Shown here piece after piece: positions 12,261 to 25,969 of a DNA stretch of 64,000 nucleotides. Within the stretch, counting starts at the first letter, position 1, and every line of letters starts with the position of its first letter. The DNA lies in NCBI GenBank assembly GCA_030390025.1, contig JASTWF010000036.1:2482001-2546000 (forward strand), in the 5' to 3' direction. A program made the translations under genes and the position numbers. The notes below the pieces were generated by a model, which was not told where the DNA came from, ran no database searches, and saw nothing but the letters and a program-made list of their open reading frames with translations. This DNA comes from Squalus acanthias (taxonomy: Eukaryota).

Positions 12261-13689
12261 GGTGCTGTGTGGGTGCACATAGCATGTCACTAAATAAAGT
12301 TGTAACTATGGGAGAAATTCTGCAAATTGATTTTAATGGGCAGAAAATATTGCGGGGCACACTGACCTCTGATACAAGTTCCCTTCACATGAAACTGGGA
12401 GCACAAAACCGGTGGGGCGAGTGCCAGGAGGTCATTGGCCAGGATCAAAATGACTTGGATTTTCAGGTTCATTAAGTTTAACTATCCATAGTCAATACCA
12501 CACAGTATTGCTGGCACTAGCCATATACCAGGTATTGGCCTACACTTCATATCACATGTACTGATTATATGCTCTCAAAAATGTTTGCCAGTCTCTTAAA
12601 CACTTCTGGTGAGACTTATTGAAAACTTGAGTTCAATTGCTCAAATTAAATGGGTTAATCCTTTGTTAAAATAGGAACAAAGGAATTTTATACAAGTGTG
12701 TTAATTCCTTCAAAAAAGAAGCCAGACAAATATCTGGGTGGGAATAGAACTGGAGGTTATAAGGGATAGGTCTGAGACTATCAAATGCTTCATGCAACTT
12801 GATGACTTCTGTGCTTTTGGGTCAGGGTAAGGGTGTCATCTGCGAAGTACAGCAACCTATGGTTGAATAGTGAAAGTGTGTTGATGGATGAGTATTCTGC
12901 AATTTTGCTCAATTACCTTTGGGAATCAGGAAATATTAAAGTAGAACTTTTCCTCTGGTGGGTCTATTTAATTTCCTGGAAATTAAATAGACCCACAATA
13001 GGGTACATTTCACCTGGACTGTGGAAGGAATGGGCTCAATGGGTTGAATGACCTTTTCTTAGTCTAATTTCCTTGGGGAAAGATTTCCTCTGTGTGTCAT
13101 GTGTAACAAAATTGTAAACCCATTCTTCATACATTACATAAAGCACACACAGCAAATCTCCCTGTATTCTTTATGCACATGTTTAAGATTTTGCTCCGAA
13201 TATTGAAACTATGGAAATGGTCCCCTTAAGTTGATAGTTAACCTGGAAGTCCTGTTTCATTGTTTGCCAGATCAGACCAATGAACAGACTGGTTACAGAA
13301 CTCTTGCAAATTATGGGTATGCAGTTATCAGCTGTTTTTTCTAAATCATATTTTTGTCCTATCGATCTTGAAATGGTCTCCCATATGTTTTCATTTCTCT
13401 GTAGATTTTCTGTGAAATTTTCCAATTTCCCAGGTCTGTTTGAACACAGGCTCTGCTGCTGGCCATGGGCCATGGAAGGAAAGTAGCAGCAGATTGGTAG
13501 TGTGCTGCAGGAGCAGGTTGAGAGTCAGGATTGCTGCCAGGAACGGAACTGCTATTTTAGACACAGTTGGCCAATGGATGTTACGCATAAGGAGCCAAGT
13601 GCCACAAATGAACAATTCCAATAACAATTTAATAAGTAAAAATCAAGTTAGTATTCACAGCTGCAGTATTTATCTTCCCCCCAAAAAAG

Positions 13690-14012
13690 TGTCTCCATCC
13701 CAATTTTCTCCCTTCCACACAATCTCCTGAAGGTCTTGGCTTTTTGCTGGTTTCATGAACAGCCTCCAGTGCTTCACTCAAGTGGCCATTATTCACACAT
13801 GATCCCAGACAGAGTACCAGCAGGCTATTAAATCACAGGGGGCATCACAGCCAAGCCTGATCCTGTCCTTGCCCAATGCTCTCTCACACACTTCCAGCCG
13901 GGGTTGCTACAGGCCAATCAGGAGCGAGAACTCTGGCTGATTTTCCCTTTCCCTGGTCAAGTGGCATGAAGGTCAATTGTAGCATCCCAATTGCTAGCCT
14001 AGCTGAGATCAG
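13690..14012 (-). mobile_element. tRNA-derived SINE-like repeat, family unassigned (copy 1 of 5)
   Basis: Shares caagtggccatt.ttca, ggcatcacagccaagcctgatcc, ctggctgatttt and gagatcag with 36140-36480, 47660-47950, 54760-55056 and 62900-63270. Confidence 0.55.
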
Positions 14013-14409
14013 TTATTTCATAATTCCAGCAAAGGCTTGAAAGTTAGTCAGAGAAAGCTATGAGGGCAAGCTTCGGCCAGGATGAGAAGCAGCATGCAGG
14101 AGGGTAGTTAGGAGTTATTTTGATTAAGTCAAGGAATACATTACATCAGTGACTACGCTTCAAAATTACTTCATTGGCTGTAAAGCGCTTTGGGATGTCC
14201 GGTGGTTGTGAAAGGCGCTATAGAAATGCAAGTCTTTCTTTCTTACAACTCACTAATGTGGGGAAGCATAGAATTTTCACTATAGATATTATTACATGAG
14301 GACAAGTTATACTGATTGAATTAAGTGAGTCTGGTCATAACAGTCACTCTCTATGCTCACTGTCCTTTTTATCCTGATGAGTTTTTATATGATCATCACT
14401 GGAGAGTAA

Positions 14410-15284
14410 GGGGGAAAAATTGTGTCGCCCCGTTTGGGGCGCAATTATCGGCCGGGCGCAAAGATTAGTGCCTGGCGCTAATTATCGCCTCCGACTGCAA
14501 ACTTGACTTTTATCGCCCCTGGAGGTGATTGGAGCACTAAATCAGGCGCTACACATCTGTCTTAAGGCGCAAAGGCCGAGGAGCAAGGCGCTAACTCAGA
14601 GCACTGGCGAAGCTCATGTGATGTCAGTCAGCAATGGAACACACACACAATGGCCCCGGCCAGTTCTTAAAGGGGAGGGTTGATCTTGCTTTCCATCCAC
14701 ATCCTGCTCATTGCAGCCTTGAATCTCGGCCTGGAGAGACCTGTACATCAAATCTGCTGGAAAGAACAATGGAGAGGCCCAGGGAAAGAGCTCAGAGTGC
14801 AGCCCCACAGTCTCTTCTAAATTGATACAAGGAAGGGCAAATCAAAATGAACCTGCAAAGTGCTGCTCAGTACCCAAAACTCCTTCATACAGCATTGAAT
14901 CTCTCCAGAAGTCTCTCTCTCTCTCTCTCACAGAATGCGTGGTTCAAAAATGTCGCCAACAAAAAAAGGCAGGAAGCGGTCCCCCAGTCCCTTCCTGACT
15001 GCAAAACGCTCCCCTCAACCTGTCGTTGCTAGCGGCAGGCGGAAAGGCAGGGGGCACCACTCAATATCCGGTCCGGGGCGCTACCGGGGCGTTGCGCACT
15101 CGACTGACGTCACGATCTGCCGGCGCAGGAGATCGTGGCGGTACTGTTTAGCGCCGCCGCAAAATGTCTAGTTAATTTCGCGAGCGGCGCAAACATCGCC
15201 GCGCCCGGGCGCTAGTTGCTTTGCGCCCCATTAGCGCCCTCTTAAGGCGCTAACGGGATGCGCAACCAACTGAATTTTTCCCCC
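14410..15284. mobile_element. PIF/Harbinger-type non-autonomous element, 875 bp, TAA TSD
   Basis: TIRs gggggaaaaatt / aatttttccccc. TAA at 14407-14409 and 15285-15287. CpG-rich subterminal regions with repeated ggcgc/gcgcc motifs. Confidence 0.85.
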
Positions 15285-15939
15285 TAAGTGTCCAAGTTCC
15301 CCAATGGTCAGGTGAGACCTTGTGCCTACACCAGTCTCATTTGATCTTCAGTCCAAATGTCAAACTTAATTGCATATTTTCTCCTGGCATTGAAACCTAT
15401 GAATAAACAGTGGGACCGCCAATAGATAGTGTAAAGAACTTTTTTTTAAACATTACAATAGAATACGCAATTTAAATCCAGTCCTGACACGTATGATGGA
15501 GTTTTAAAATGGTTGACTAGAATGTCTACAAACATAAACGGATATTACACTGTGCTGATCTAGCATTGGAAATATGTAAGCTCTTAAAATAGTCTTTTTA
15601 TTTTTAACTGTATTGATTTGCATGAGGTAATTAAAACATTTTAGAACTTCTGAACTCTGATTCAACAATGATTTATGGCAGAGAATGCCACATTCTAACT
15701 ATACTCTACGTAAAGAATGTTTTTCTGACCTCTGCTTTCATTCGTTTGGTGATTATCTGAAATTTATCCCCTCTCAAACATGGTTGTTTGTGGGAGCTTG
15801 CTGTGCGCAAATTGGCTGCTGCATTTTCCACATTACAACAGTGACTCCACTCCAAAAGTACTTCATTGGCTGTAAAACGCTTTGAGACGTCTGGTGGTCG
15901 TGAAAGGCGCTATAGAAATGCAAGTCTTTCTTTCTCATT

Positions 15940-16900
15940 ACTGTCTCACTAACCGGCGGAAACAATCGATCACCATTCATAATCCTTCATCATTTTGAAG
16001 AGCTCACTTAAATCATCACTTCATCTTTTCAGCTCGAGTGATAAAAGCCCCAACTTCTCTTAAATTTCTCTTCATAACAGTAATCCCTCATTCCTAGTAA
16101 CAACCTAGTGAGTCTACATTGCACCTTTCCCATTGCTTTTATATCCTCCTTATAATGAAGTGCCTAAAACTGCACAAAATATTACAAGCTGCAGCCAAAC
16201 TATAGTTTCCACCTTTCTCTGCATCTGCCCACTCTTCTACCAGTCTATGTCCTCCTGCAATCTCTTGCATTCTTCCTCACAGTTTGCATGTCCTCTAATT
16301 TGCTGTCATTAGCAAACTTTGCTATCATTCTTTTCATGTCTATGTCTAAATCATGTATATAAACAGAAAACATGAGGTCCCAACACAGATCTTAGGGCAC
16401 ACCGTTACCCACGTCCTACCAATCTGAAAAAACATCTATTTACTGCATGCTATCTGTCCCCCAGACATCTCTCGATCCATGTGGCTAGATTTCCTTTTAT
16501 AACCATATGCCTCAATCTTCATACGGAGTCTCTTATTTGGCACTTTATCAAATGCTTCATGAAATTCCATATATAGAACATCAATTGTGTTCATTTTATG
16601 AATACACTCTCCAAAATACAATTAAATTAACCAAGCACGAACTGCCCTTTGCAAATCCATGCTGACTGACCCTGATTAGTCCATGCATTTTTAAATGTTC
16701 ATAATTTCATCCCGTACTGTATTGGGGATCTAAATGTTTATTCACAATTGAGACAAGACTAACTTGTCTATAAATTTCATGGCTTATCCCTTTCACTTTT
16801 TTTGAAAGGAGTGTACCATCTGCCACCTTCTAGTCCTTTGGCAGAATTCCCATTTCCAAAGATATTTGGAAAATTGTGGGGAGTGCCTTGCTATCTCCTC
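15940..16900 (-). mobile_element. Old degenerate CR1 fragment
   Basis: ORF 16436..16621 DVLYMEFHEAFDKVPNKRL, plus remnants of FANDSKL and QHGFAKGS. Confidence 0.7.
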
Positions 16901-18029
16901 ACTAGAAAAGTTACCAGGCTCAGATGCTGACTTTTTTACTCTTCTTCCCATTAACGTTTTTCAATACCATTTCCTTTTGAATAATTATCTCCAGTGGAAG
17001 CTCTTCCACATTCTTTATCTATTTGGGAATTCCCATATTTCTCCCTTCGCCCTACTATTGGTGGTCATCCTTTAGCTGCCTAGGCCTCATGTTCTGAAAT
17101 TCCCTCCCTAAACTCCTCCATCGCTATACATCCCAGTCCTTTTAAAAGATCCTCCTTAAAATGCAACCTCTGACAGTCACCTCTCCTAATAGCTCCTTCT
17201 TTCCATTTTTTTATTATGCCTTTGTGAAGCGCTTTGGGCATTGTTCTACATTAAAGGCACGATAAAAATTCAAGTTGTTGTTGGATGCAGCAAAGCATTT
17301 CCCAAACCTCTGTTTATAAGGTTTATAAAATGTACCAACATCGCCAAAATGGTAGCACCACAAGATAAAATAACGTCAAAAATGGTAGTATTGAGTGTTG
17401 AAATCTAAAATGCTAGAGTCAATTTCTGAAATGTGCTCGGTGTAACACATAAAAGAGCATAAAGGAAGGGCAGGGTTTTAAAAAATATATATATTAAAGA
17501 CAACAGTATTGAGTAACCTCTGATTGGGTGCAGGATGCTGATAAATTTGATCTAGTGATAGCAACAGAGAGCAAGAACACTGGATAAGAGAGAGAAGGGT
17601 GGGCACAGAGAAGAATAAGACATTAAAAAAAATTTAAACCATGATTCACTCCTACCAAGTTAGTTATTTTCTTCAGATTTCTTTTCTGTAATACATTTAT
17701 CAGAAGAAATACTTTATTCAGAAAATATCCTCCCATACCCAACACACTATCCTGTTGCAAAAAGTGTCAAAGCGTGTTGCATCGAGATAATACAAACTGA
17801 TCTTAGTGAAAGAAATGCAATACCAAAATTGAAATTGTCTAACCTTGAGAACATGAACTACATTTACGATGTGTTCTGTGTTTTAGGCCACATCCCAAAC
17901 ATGAACCTTGTCCCCAAGAAAAAATAATTATTAGCTTGCCTACTACAGACTATGTACCAATCTCAAACTGAAACTTTGCTTTAAAAAGGTGCAGCCTATA
18001 TGTGAGCTCACGAGACATTTGAACACCTA

Positions 18030-18239
<210 letters not shown>

Positions 18240-18852
18240 TTAGTTTCCATAACTGTACATTGTGAAAGTCTACATTTGGTATAAATACAAATCTACATTT
18301 TTTCTTCAGGAGGACCTTTATCTTAAAATTTCAGAATATAGCTATCGTGAAATAGTTGGGACTCTGATTTCAAGTAACATGGGGTGCAATTTTTTTCATC
18401 AATTAGTCCCCTTTTTGTATCATACACCAAGTTGGAGTGTAATAACTCATGTCAGGATCTCTGCCAATGCAGCTCTCAAGTCAAGCATCAGGAGGTACAG
18501 AAGTCCAACCCAGGGTGGGGTGCTTGCCCAGTGATTTACTCCTCCTTCTGCCGGGAACCATCTTATCTCATTGGAAAGGGTGAAAGGTGACTTGTGCTGA
18601 CATTAAAACATTGAAGATTTTTTGTGCAACAAAATTGTAATCGCATTCTTTACAAATGGGTTTTTGACTTTGTCAAAGGGAGTCTTCCCCTACAGCAAGG
18701 GACAAATGTAGGTTTGATCCCTGATCTGTTTACTTCCCAACCTAAGCCAAGCTTAGTAGAGGATATTGTGTCTCTGAGGGAGGGAAAAGTCAGAGGGGAG
18801 ATTTATGCCTGGGGACTCCCTTGTGCATCCTGATGGCAAGCTACAGAGTGGC

Positions 18853-20222
18853 ATTGGGAAAATGCTGGAGTCCATTATTAAGGAAGCAGTAGCAGGATAT
18901 TTAGAAAATCATAATACAGTCAAGCAGAGTCAGCATGGTTTTACGAAAGGGAAATCATGTTTGACAAATTTGCTGGAGTTCTTTGAGGATGTAATGAGCA
19001 GGGTGGATAAAGGGGAACCAGTGGATGTGGTGTATTTGGATTTCCAGAAGGCATTCGATAAGGTGCCACATAAAAGGTTACTGCACAAGAGCTCATGGTG
19101 TTGGGGGTAATATATTAGCATGAATAGAGGATTGGCTAACTAACAGAAAACAGAGAGTCGGGATAAATGGGTCATTTTCCGGTTGGCATACGGTAACTAG
19201 TGGGGTGTCACAGGGATCAGTGCTGGGGCCTCAACTATTTACAATCTATATTAATGACTTGGATGAAGGGACCGAGTGTAATGTAGCCAAATTTGCTGAT
19301 GATACAAAGATAGGTGGGAAAGCAAGTTGTGAAGAGGACACAAAGAATCTGCAAAGGGATATAGACAGGCTAAGTGAGTGGGCAAACATTTGGCAGATGG
19401 AGTATAATGTGGAAAAGTGTGAGGTTATCCACTTTGGTGAGAAAAATAAAAAAGCAAATTATTTAAATGGAGAGAAATTACAAAATGCTGCAGTACAGAG
19501 GGACCTGGGGGTCCTTGTGCATGAAACACAAAAAGTTAGCATGCAGGTACAGCAAGTAATCAGGAAGGCAAATGGAATGTTGGGCTTTATTGCAAGGGGG
19601 TTGGAGTATAAAAGCAGGGAAGTCCTGCTTCAACTGTACAGGGTATTGGTGAGACCACACCTGGAGTACTGCGTAGAGTTTTGGTCTCCTTATTTAAGGA
19701 GGGATATACTTGCATTGGAGGCAGTTCAGAGAAGGTTCACGAGGTTGGTTCCTGAGATGAAGGGGTTGACTTATGAAGAAAGGTTGAGCAGGTTGGGCCT
19801 ATACTCATTGGAGTTTAGAAGAATGAGAGGTGATCTTATTGAAACATAAAAGATACTGAGGGGGCTCGACAAGGTAGAAGCAGAGAAGATATTTCCCCTC
19901 ATGGGGGAAACTAGAACTAGGGGGCATAGTTTCAGAATAAGGGGTCGCCCATTTAAAACTGAGATGAGGAGGAATTTCTTCTCTGAGGGTCGTAAATCTG
20001 TGGAATTCTCTGCCCCAGAGAGCCGTGGAGGCTGGGTCATTGAATATATTTAAGGTGGAGATAGACAGATTTTTGAACAATAAGGGAGTGAAGGGTTATG
20101 GGGAGCGGGCAGGGAAATGGAGCTGAGCCCAAGATCAGATCAGCCATGATCTCATTAAATGGCGGAGCAGGCTCGAGGGGCCAAATGGCCTACTCCTGCT
20201 CCTATTTCTTATGTTCTTATTC
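18853..20222 (+). mobile_element. 5'-truncated CR1 LINE
   Basis: ORFs 18805..19110 and 19205..19849 (YLDFQKAFDKVPH, QGSVLGP, FADDTK). Intact 3' UTR and tail tcttatgttcttat. Confidence 0.93.
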
Positions 20223-21729
20223 TGGGTTCAGGACAACTTGGTAGTTCAGATAGCTGAACCATAAAAACCAAATATATGAGAGGTGGCTTGCAAAAGAAAT
20301 AAATATTAAAAATGAACTATAAATAAAAGGGTGAAAGATCATTAGCATGCTATTGCTGCTGTGTTACCATAAGGATAAGAGTCACAGTAACAAAATGAAA
20401 CGGCACAAACTTTCAGCAACTTTTTCATTGATTATGTTCTAAAGTGTTTATCTTCATATGAAACCGGTTTAAAACTTCTCCCAAATACATTGCTAATAAA
20501 AGCATTTACAGTGAACTTCTGTAAACAGCTTGACGCTCTCCATTAGTCTGTTTCTTTAACTTCTTTTGTGACAGGAAATTATTAGTGACAAGTCTAACAC
20601 TTTAAATAGGGAATAACATCATCAGGACTGCTTTCAAAGTCAGTCTTAAAAAGCACTTTAGTTTCACAACAGTTAATGTTCTATATTCCACACAGAATCT
20701 AACCCTATAAGCAGGAAAATAGTTATCATAACTGGGAGCGCTCAAAAGGTTTTATTTTTGATGTATGTTTCATTTACATCTACATTTCTACAGATGAATT
20801 TGTGGTTAAGCAAACTTACTGCCATCAGGAAAATGACTTTTTCCAGTCTAGGATATTGGCTGGCACCTATGGTCACCACCAAAGTTTTTCATGATCAATG
20901 GAGTCAGTAACAGACCATGAAAGATTGCAGAGTGAGCAGGTGGAAGACAGTGGCTATGGTCTCAAGACACGGTTGATGATTCCTCTATTGAATGCTGGAA
21001 ATACTTCTAATCACAGATCTACCTGAATGCTTATGGAAGTAGAGTCAACATGCTGAAGATGTGCTTCCAATGTCTCAACAGCTTAGTCGGGGTGCTCTTC
21101 AATGTAATTGTCAGATCAGCAGATTGTTTGCACAATATTGCCATTCAGCATTACATCACAGTGAACCTTCCAATGACAGATTATGTACCTTAAGCGTATG
21201 AACAAAAAGAACCTGGTAATATAAGTCATGCAAGATCCAGAGAACTGAAAGCCAATTTAATCTGGGTACACCTCTCACAGTAAAACAACTATGCCTGGCC
21301 CCTGCATGGCACCAAAACGCTTTGGGAAAGCATCAAGTGAATGACAATTAAAATACCTAAACATACCATTCTAACTACTCATGGTATTCAACATGTATAA
21401 GATGATCTCCGATGCTGCAAGACCTTTTGCAAGTTTCTTTACAGAACAACGCTATGGAACACTTCACAATCTGACACCCTTATACAGAAATAGCTTTCCT
21501 TAAAATTACTGGCTGTGCAAATCACAACACAAGGTAAGGATAGTGTGAAAGTACATTTTAAAGGTGTCAGTGTTTGTGAGCAAAGGAAAATTAATCAGTG
21601 AATTAATTTGCCATATATAGGCCCGGCAACTGCACCCTTGTTGCTCGGTTGCCAACCCTTGTTGTATTATGTTGTTGGTAGAGGGTTGGCTGGTAAGGGG
21701 TAGGATGCCAGAATACCCTCAAGATGTGT

Positions 21730-23174
21730 TTACATAGATTACATAGAAGATAGGAGCAGGAGTAGGCCATCCGGCCCTTCGAGCCTGCTCCGCCATTTAA
21801 TGAGATCATGGCTGATCCTCCAATTCAGTATCCCGTCCCCGCCTTCTCTCCGTAACCCTTAACCCCTTTTGCCTGTAGAAATATATCTAATTCCCTCTTA
21901 AATATATTTAATGAGCTGGCGTACACTGCCCTCTGTGGCAATGAGTTCCACAGGTTCACCACCCTCTGAGTGAAGAAATTCCCCCTCATTTCTGTCCTAA
22001 ATGGTTTAGCCCTTATCCTTAAATTATGTCCTCTAGTTCTGTTCTCACCCGCCAAGGGAAACATTCCTTCTGCATCTAGTCTGTCTAGACCTGTCAGAAT
22101 TTTATACACTTCTATGAGGTCCCCTCTCAATCTTCTAAACTCCAGTGTGTACATCCCTAAACTACATAGTCTCTCCTCATAGGTCAATCCCGCCATTCCT
22201 GGTATCAGCCTGGTGAATCGCCGCTGCACCCCCTCCATGGCAAGAACATCTTTCCTCAGATGAGGCGACCAAAACTGTACACAGTACTCGAGGTGTGGTC
22301 TCACCAGTGCCCTGTACAGCTGCAGCAAGGTATCCCTGTTCCTGTATTCCAACCCTTTTGCTATGAAGGCCAGCATACCGTTTGCCTTCTTGACCGCCTG
22401 TTGCACCTGCATGCTCGCCTTCAGTGACTGGTGTACAAGAACACCCAGGTCTCTCTGTACTTCCCCCTCTCCCAATTTATTGCCATTTAAATAATAATTT
22501 GCCCTCCCGTTCCTGCACCCAAGGTGGATAACTTCGCACTTGTCCACATTATAGTGCATCTGCCATTTATCCGCCCAATCACCCAGTCTGTCCAAATCGC
22601 TCTGGAGCTTCCTGGTCTCCTCCTCTGAGCCCACCCCCCCTCCTAGTTTAGTGTCGTCTGCAAATTTGGAAATGCTGCATCCGACTCCCTGATCCAGGTC
22701 ATTAATGTAAATTGTGAACAGCTGGGGACCCAGGACAGATCCCTGTGGTACCCCACTTGTTACTGCCTGCCATTCAGAAAATGAGCCGTTTATTCCAACT
22801 CTCTGTTTTCTATCTGACAGCCAGTTCTCTATCCACGTCAATACTTTCCCCTTTATCCCATGAGCTTCAATTTTCCATGCTAATCTTTTATGTGGGACCT
22901 TGTCGAAGGCCTTTTGGAAGTCCAGGTACACCACATCTACTGGCTCTCCCCCATCTATTTTACCAGTTACTCCCTCAAAAAATTCCAATAGATTAGTCAA
23001 GCACGATTTACCCTTTGTAAATCCATGTTGACTCTGTCCTATCCTGTCCCCATTTGCTAAGTGCTCCGCTATTTCATCCTTAATGATGGACTCCAGCATT
23101 TTGCCCACAACTGATGTAAGGCTTACAGGTCTGTAATTACCTGCTTTTTCCCTACCCCCCTTTTTGAACTGTGG
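21730..23174 (-). mobile_element. Young 5'-truncated CR1 LINE with an uninterrupted reverse-transcriptase frame
   Basis: 427-aa ORF 21825..23108, extendable upstream (PQFKKGGREKAGNYRPVSLTSVVGKM). RT motifs YLDFQKAFD, GVPQGSVLGP and FADD. Tail on plus reads ttacatagattacatag. Confidence 0.95.
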
Positions 23175-23825
23175 TCCATAATTTTCCTCCTGGTGTGGAA
23201 ACAGATATTAGCCAGCATTTCCTACATTTTAGATAGAAAAGTTTCAAAATGGCGTGAATGTGCCATTTTCCTCACATGTTGTGCATATTTTTCAAATCTG
23301 CTGGCATTATCAGATGTGACCTGCACCTCGAATAATCTTCTCTTCGTATCTGTTAAGCTGATAAAATGCCTTTTAAATCCTAAAATGCTCGTCTGTTCAG
23401 CAATGCAGTGTATTGAAGTTCCAACGAAGACTTTGCTAATCCTGATCCCAATTTGACCTCCACTGTCAACCAGATTCCAGCCCAACTTGCAGTGGCATTT
23501 CCAACAAAGAGCCTAAACAAAATCCAAATGCAGTCACATTCCGTGACCCCGACCCAACCACCTGGCATACTGAAATGAGTGACGTTACAGCAGTTAAAAA
23601 GTCAGCCAGTATTAATATGGAGAGTAGCCATATAAAGAATCTTCTTACAGGTATGAATGAGGAAAAAAAACATACTCACTTAAAGGTTTGTTTTAAAAAA
23701 AGATTCAAAATTCAAACAAAATATTTCATCCTCCCTTTATTGCCAGCCTATTCATACCAACAGTGGTTGACGTTTTCGTTTTAACTTCATTTGTTTCAGC
23801 ATGTCCGCTGTCTCCAAAAGCTGAA

Positions 23826-24160
23826 CAAAAGACTTGCATTTATATATCACCTTCTCACACGTCTCAACTATCCCAAAGCACTTGACAATGAAGTACTTTG
23901 AAATTGAAAGATCGCTGTCCTGTAAGTAAATGTAGCAGCCATTCTGCACACAGCAAGTTCCCACAAACACCAATGAGATTATGATCCATTCATTTTGTTA
24001 TGGTGTTGATTGAGGGAGGAATATTGGTCCGAACACCCACGCAACTCCACTTAATGCAGCACTACCTCATTGCACTGAATGGTCAGCCTATATTATGAGC
24101 TCAAGCCCACAAACTTTTGACTCGGACACAAGAATGCTGCCAATGGAGCCAAGCTAACAT
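23826..24160 (-). mobile_element. Deu-domain SINE, decayed
   Basis: aaagacttgcatttatatatcacctt ... ctgcacacagcaagttcccacaaac ... ttgagggaggaatattgg. Confidence 0.6.
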
Positions 24161-24329
24161 GAAGTTAGGTCCAGCTGACAACAGGAGTGAAGGTCAAATT
24201 CTTGAATGTCTGCAAGGGTCAGGCTATCAGAGAGAATGTGAGAAAAGTTAAACTTCTTTTATTCGACCAATCGGAGGAATTCTCCATATTTGTACATGGA
24301 TCAGCCTTCAATAACGATGGGGCCAAGGG

Positions 24330-24655
24330 ATGAGGTGGGGGAATGAACAAGAAGCCAGAATCAGAGAAATACAGAACTATGGTAAGGTGGGGGGGGGGGG
24401 GGGGCGGAAAGAGAGCGGTGGGTGGCGGTATATAGGGCTGGAGAAAGTTAGAGATAGAGAGGGATGAGGCCATGAAGAGATTGAAACACGAGGATAAATA
24501 TTTTAAATTGGATGCATTGGGAGACTAGAAGCCAATGTAGGTCAGCAAGCACAGGGAGCGGGATTTGGTGCAGGATAGAATACAGACAACAGAGTTTTGA
24601 ATGAGCTGAAGTTCATTGAGGGTGGAAGATGGAAGGCCAGCCAGGAGAGCACAGG
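24330..24655 (-). mobile_element. Old L2 fragment
   Basis: Reverse-complement similarity to the 29230-29520 part of the L2 (gccaatgtaggtcagcaagcacaggg, ggccagccaggagagc). Confidence 0.6.
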
Positions 24656-24664
24656 AATAATCGA

Positions 24665-25968
24665 GTGAACTATGAACTGATCAGAGAGAGCCAGCATGGA
24701 TTTGTAAAGGGTAAGTCATGTCTAACTAACCAATTGAACTTTGAGGCAGTAACTAAAGTGGTAGATAAGGGAATGTCTATGGAGGTTATTTCTATTGATT
24801 CCCAGAAGACATTCAATAAGGTTCCACACAAGAGACTGTTAGCAAAAATAAAAATGCATGGAATTGGAGGGGAGGCAACCTATTGACACGGATAGGGAAT
24901 TAGTTAGGAGGTAGGAGATGGAGAGTAGGAATAATGGGTATCTACTCCAATTGGTAGGGTGTGACTAGTGGTGTCCCCCAGGGATCTGTACCAGGGGCCT
25001 CAGCTTTCCACTATATTTATAAATGACTTAGATGAAGGAATAGCGAGCTGTATATCCAAGTTTGCTGACGACACCATGTTAAGTGGCACAGTAAATAGTG
25101 TAGATGGGAGCAAAATGTTGCAAGGAACACTGATAGATTAAGTGAGTGGGCAAAACTGTGGCAGATGGACATCAATGTAGGGGAGTGCAAGGTCATCTAC
25201 TTTGGACCCAAGATAGATAGATCAGAGTATATTCTAAATAGAGAAGCTAGGAACAGTGAAGGAGCAGAGAGATTTAAGGGTCCAGAACAGGAATCACTAA
25301 AAAACGTGGACATGTACAAAAAATGATTTTAAAGGCTAATGGAATGTTAGCTTTCATCTCAAGGGGGCTGGAATACAAAGAGGTGAAAGTTATGTTACAG
25401 TTGTATAAAGCTCTGGTTAGCCCTCATCTGGAGTACTGCGTTCAGTTCTGGGCACCGTACCTCAGGAAGGATATACTGGCCTTAGAGGGGGTGCAGCACA
25501 GATTCACCAGAATGATACCGGGGCTAAAAGGGTTAAATTATGAAGACAGGTTACATAGACTAGGCTTGTATTCCCTTGAGTATAGAAGATTAAGGGGTGA
25601 TCTAATTGAGGTGTTTAAAATGATTAAAGGATTTGATAGGGTAGATAGAGAGAAATTATTTCCTCTGGAGGGGGGAGTCCAGAACAAGGGGATATAACCT
25701 TAAAATTAGAGCCAGGCCGTTCAGGGGTGATGTCAGGAAGCACTTCACACAAAGGATAGTGAAAATTTGAAACTCCCTCACCCAAAAAGATGTTGAGGCT
25801 AGGGGTCAATTGAAAATTTCAAAACTGAGATTGCTAGATTTTTGTTGGGTAAGGGTATTAAGGGTTATGGAACCAAGGCGGGTAGATGGAGTTAAGATAC
25901 AGATCAGTCATGATCTCATTGAATGGCGGAACAGGCTCGAGTGGCTGAATGGCCTCCTCCTGTTTCTA
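24665..25968 (+). mobile_element. 5'-truncated CR1 LINE (second subfamily, frameshifted)
   Basis: ORFs 24629..24886 and 25323..25697 (ESQHGFVKGKSCLTN, HLEYCVQFWAPYLRKD). Similar to 42915-44670. Confidence 0.9.
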
Positions 25969-25969
25969 G

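Noticed and set aside
14410..15284. CpG island as an internal promoter or separate gene
   Set aside because: The CpG-rich region coincides exactly with a TIR/TSD-bounded transposon.
21825..23108. 427-aa reverse-transcriptase ORF as a host gene or a retron/DGR-like system
   Set aside because: It is a 5'-truncated CR1 ORF2 with a CR1 3' UTR and many paralogous copies in the window; the context is a vertebrate intron.
24385..24405. Long G/C homopolymers (also near 27481, 38155 and 63033) as G-quadruplex elements
   Set aside because: They lie inside decayed repeats, and homopolymer lengths are error-prone; no independent support.
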